IMG/VR virus record: IMGVR_UViG_2737471839_000007
Direction: 5' to 3' (one strand)
DNA: 7,764 nt
Source: a virus
Lineage: Duplodnaviria > Heunggongvirae > Uroviricota > Caudoviricetes
Made by a program: the position numbers and the translations under genes. Numbering within the stretch: position 1 is the stretch's first letter; each line of letters starts with the position of its first letter. Positions 7,221 through 7,764 of the stretch are shown piece by piece. Below the pieces are notes generated by a model that was not told the DNA's origin, searched no databases, and saw only the letters and a program-made list of their open reading frames with translations.

Positions 7221-7591
7221 CCTGTCACCTTCCTGAGTGCAGCCATTTTGATATCAATTTTCGCTTCACTGTCGACGGTGTATTTCTCACCCACTTCGGT
7301 TGTGAAGCAGTCCAGATAGGAGGTGCGCTTGCCGCTGTTGCTGAGCGGATAAATTGAGATTTTCACACCTTCCAGATTTTCCCAGTCCGGCTCGTTGGTA
7401 TCAGGGATCACCGCCGAAACTGAAATATCGTAAGTGGCAATGCCACGGGCAAAGCCTTTGGCCCTGCCGGTTTTGTTCATGGTCTTGACCAGCTTTCGCC
7501 CGGTGTTGATCTGAACATCGAAGTCGGTGATCTCGATTTCCTGGCTGTCCACCTCCAGCACAATCGAGCCGACATATTCTTTAATGGACAT
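7217..7591 (-). CDS. Tail tube protein (Mu gpM-like)
   Basis: 124-aa ORF immediately after the putative sheath gene and before the chaperone; size and position fit a myovirus tail tube. A strong AAGGAG Shine-Dalgarno lies 8 nt upstream of ATG 7591. Confidence 0.55.
   Translation of the reverse strand: MSIKEYVGSIVLEVDSQEIEITDFDVQINTGRKLVKTMNKTGRAKGFARGIATYDISVSAVIPDTNEPDWENLEGVKISIYPLSNSGKRTSYLDCFTTEVGEKYTVDSEAKIDIKMAALRKVTG
7228..7234 (-). promoter_or_regulatory. Shine-Dalgarno (AGGAAGG) for the tail assembly chaperone gene
   Basis: Minus-strand AGGAAGG, 7 nt upstream of ATG 7220, lying inside the 3' end of the tube gene. Confidence 0.5.
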
Positions 7592-7599
7592 TTACCGCG

Positions 7600-7605
7600 C
7601 TCCTT
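7600..7605 (-). promoter_or_regulatory. Shine-Dalgarno (AAGGAG) for the tail tube gene
   Basis: Minus-strand AAGGAG, 8 nt upstream of ATG 7591; it overlaps the stop codon of the upstream sheath gene. Confidence 0.6.
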
Positions 7606-7764
7606 ACAAAATCATGTCGATGCGACCGGCAAACACATGCAGGCCGTTAACCACATCCGCCGGAACCACGCAGTCGAGACGGTTTGCATCTTTCCCGTTT
7701 CGCTGAACGCGCAGCTTTGCCTTGTTCGCTTCCACGTTCTCCAGAATCTCCGCTTCCTCCAGCT
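7604..7764 (-). CDS. Tail sheath protein, C-terminal end only (Mu gpL-like); gene starts beyond the window end
   Basis: Open minus-strand frame from the window end down to a TAA at 7606-7604. Hand translation of the C-terminus: LEEAEILENVEANKAKLRVQRNGKDANRLDCVVPADVVNGLHVFAGRIDMIL*. It is called sheath only because it directly precedes the tube gene in Mu/P2-type order. Confidence 0.45.
   Translation of the reverse strand, partial: LEEAEILENVEANKAKLRVQRNGKDANRLDCVVPADVVNGLHVFAGRIDMIL

Noticed and set aside
6826-7319. Plus-strand ORFs 6826..7050 and 6969..7319 opposite the chaperone and tube genes
   Set aside because: They are antisense to tightly coupled minus-strand genes that have good Shine-Dalgarno sequences, with no independent support.
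1-7764. CRISPR array, tRNA/rRNA genes, insertion sequence ends or integrase/attachment sites
   Set aside because: I saw no regularly spaced direct repeats, no cloverleaf-like conserved tRNA sequence, no terminal inverted repeats flanking a transposase-like ORF and no recombinase ORF. The window is continuous structural coding sequence on one strand.

Overview
The whole window is one tightly packed, minus-strand operon of Mu-like (myovirus) contractile tail and baseplate genes, transcribed from high to low coordinates. In order: tail sheath C-terminus (partial), tail tube, tail assembly chaperone with a -1 frame extension, tape measure protein, DNA-circularization protein N-like, gpD/Mu P-like baseplate hub, gpV-like spike, GP46-family baseplate protein, and the 5' part of a baseplate J-like gene that runs off the window start. 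The baseplate J-like gene is missing from the ORF track because it has no stop inside the window. Product calls come from recalled family motifs and the conserved Mu gene order, not from a database search. I saw no rRNA, tRNA, CRISPR array, insertion sequence, attachment site or cargo gene. I found no evidence of a novel non-phage system: this reads as an ordinary prophage (or tailocin-like) structural module. The points most worth checking are the likely programmed frameshift in the chaperone, a compositional patchwork inside the tape measure and N genes, and a strongly basic C-terminal tail on the hub protein.
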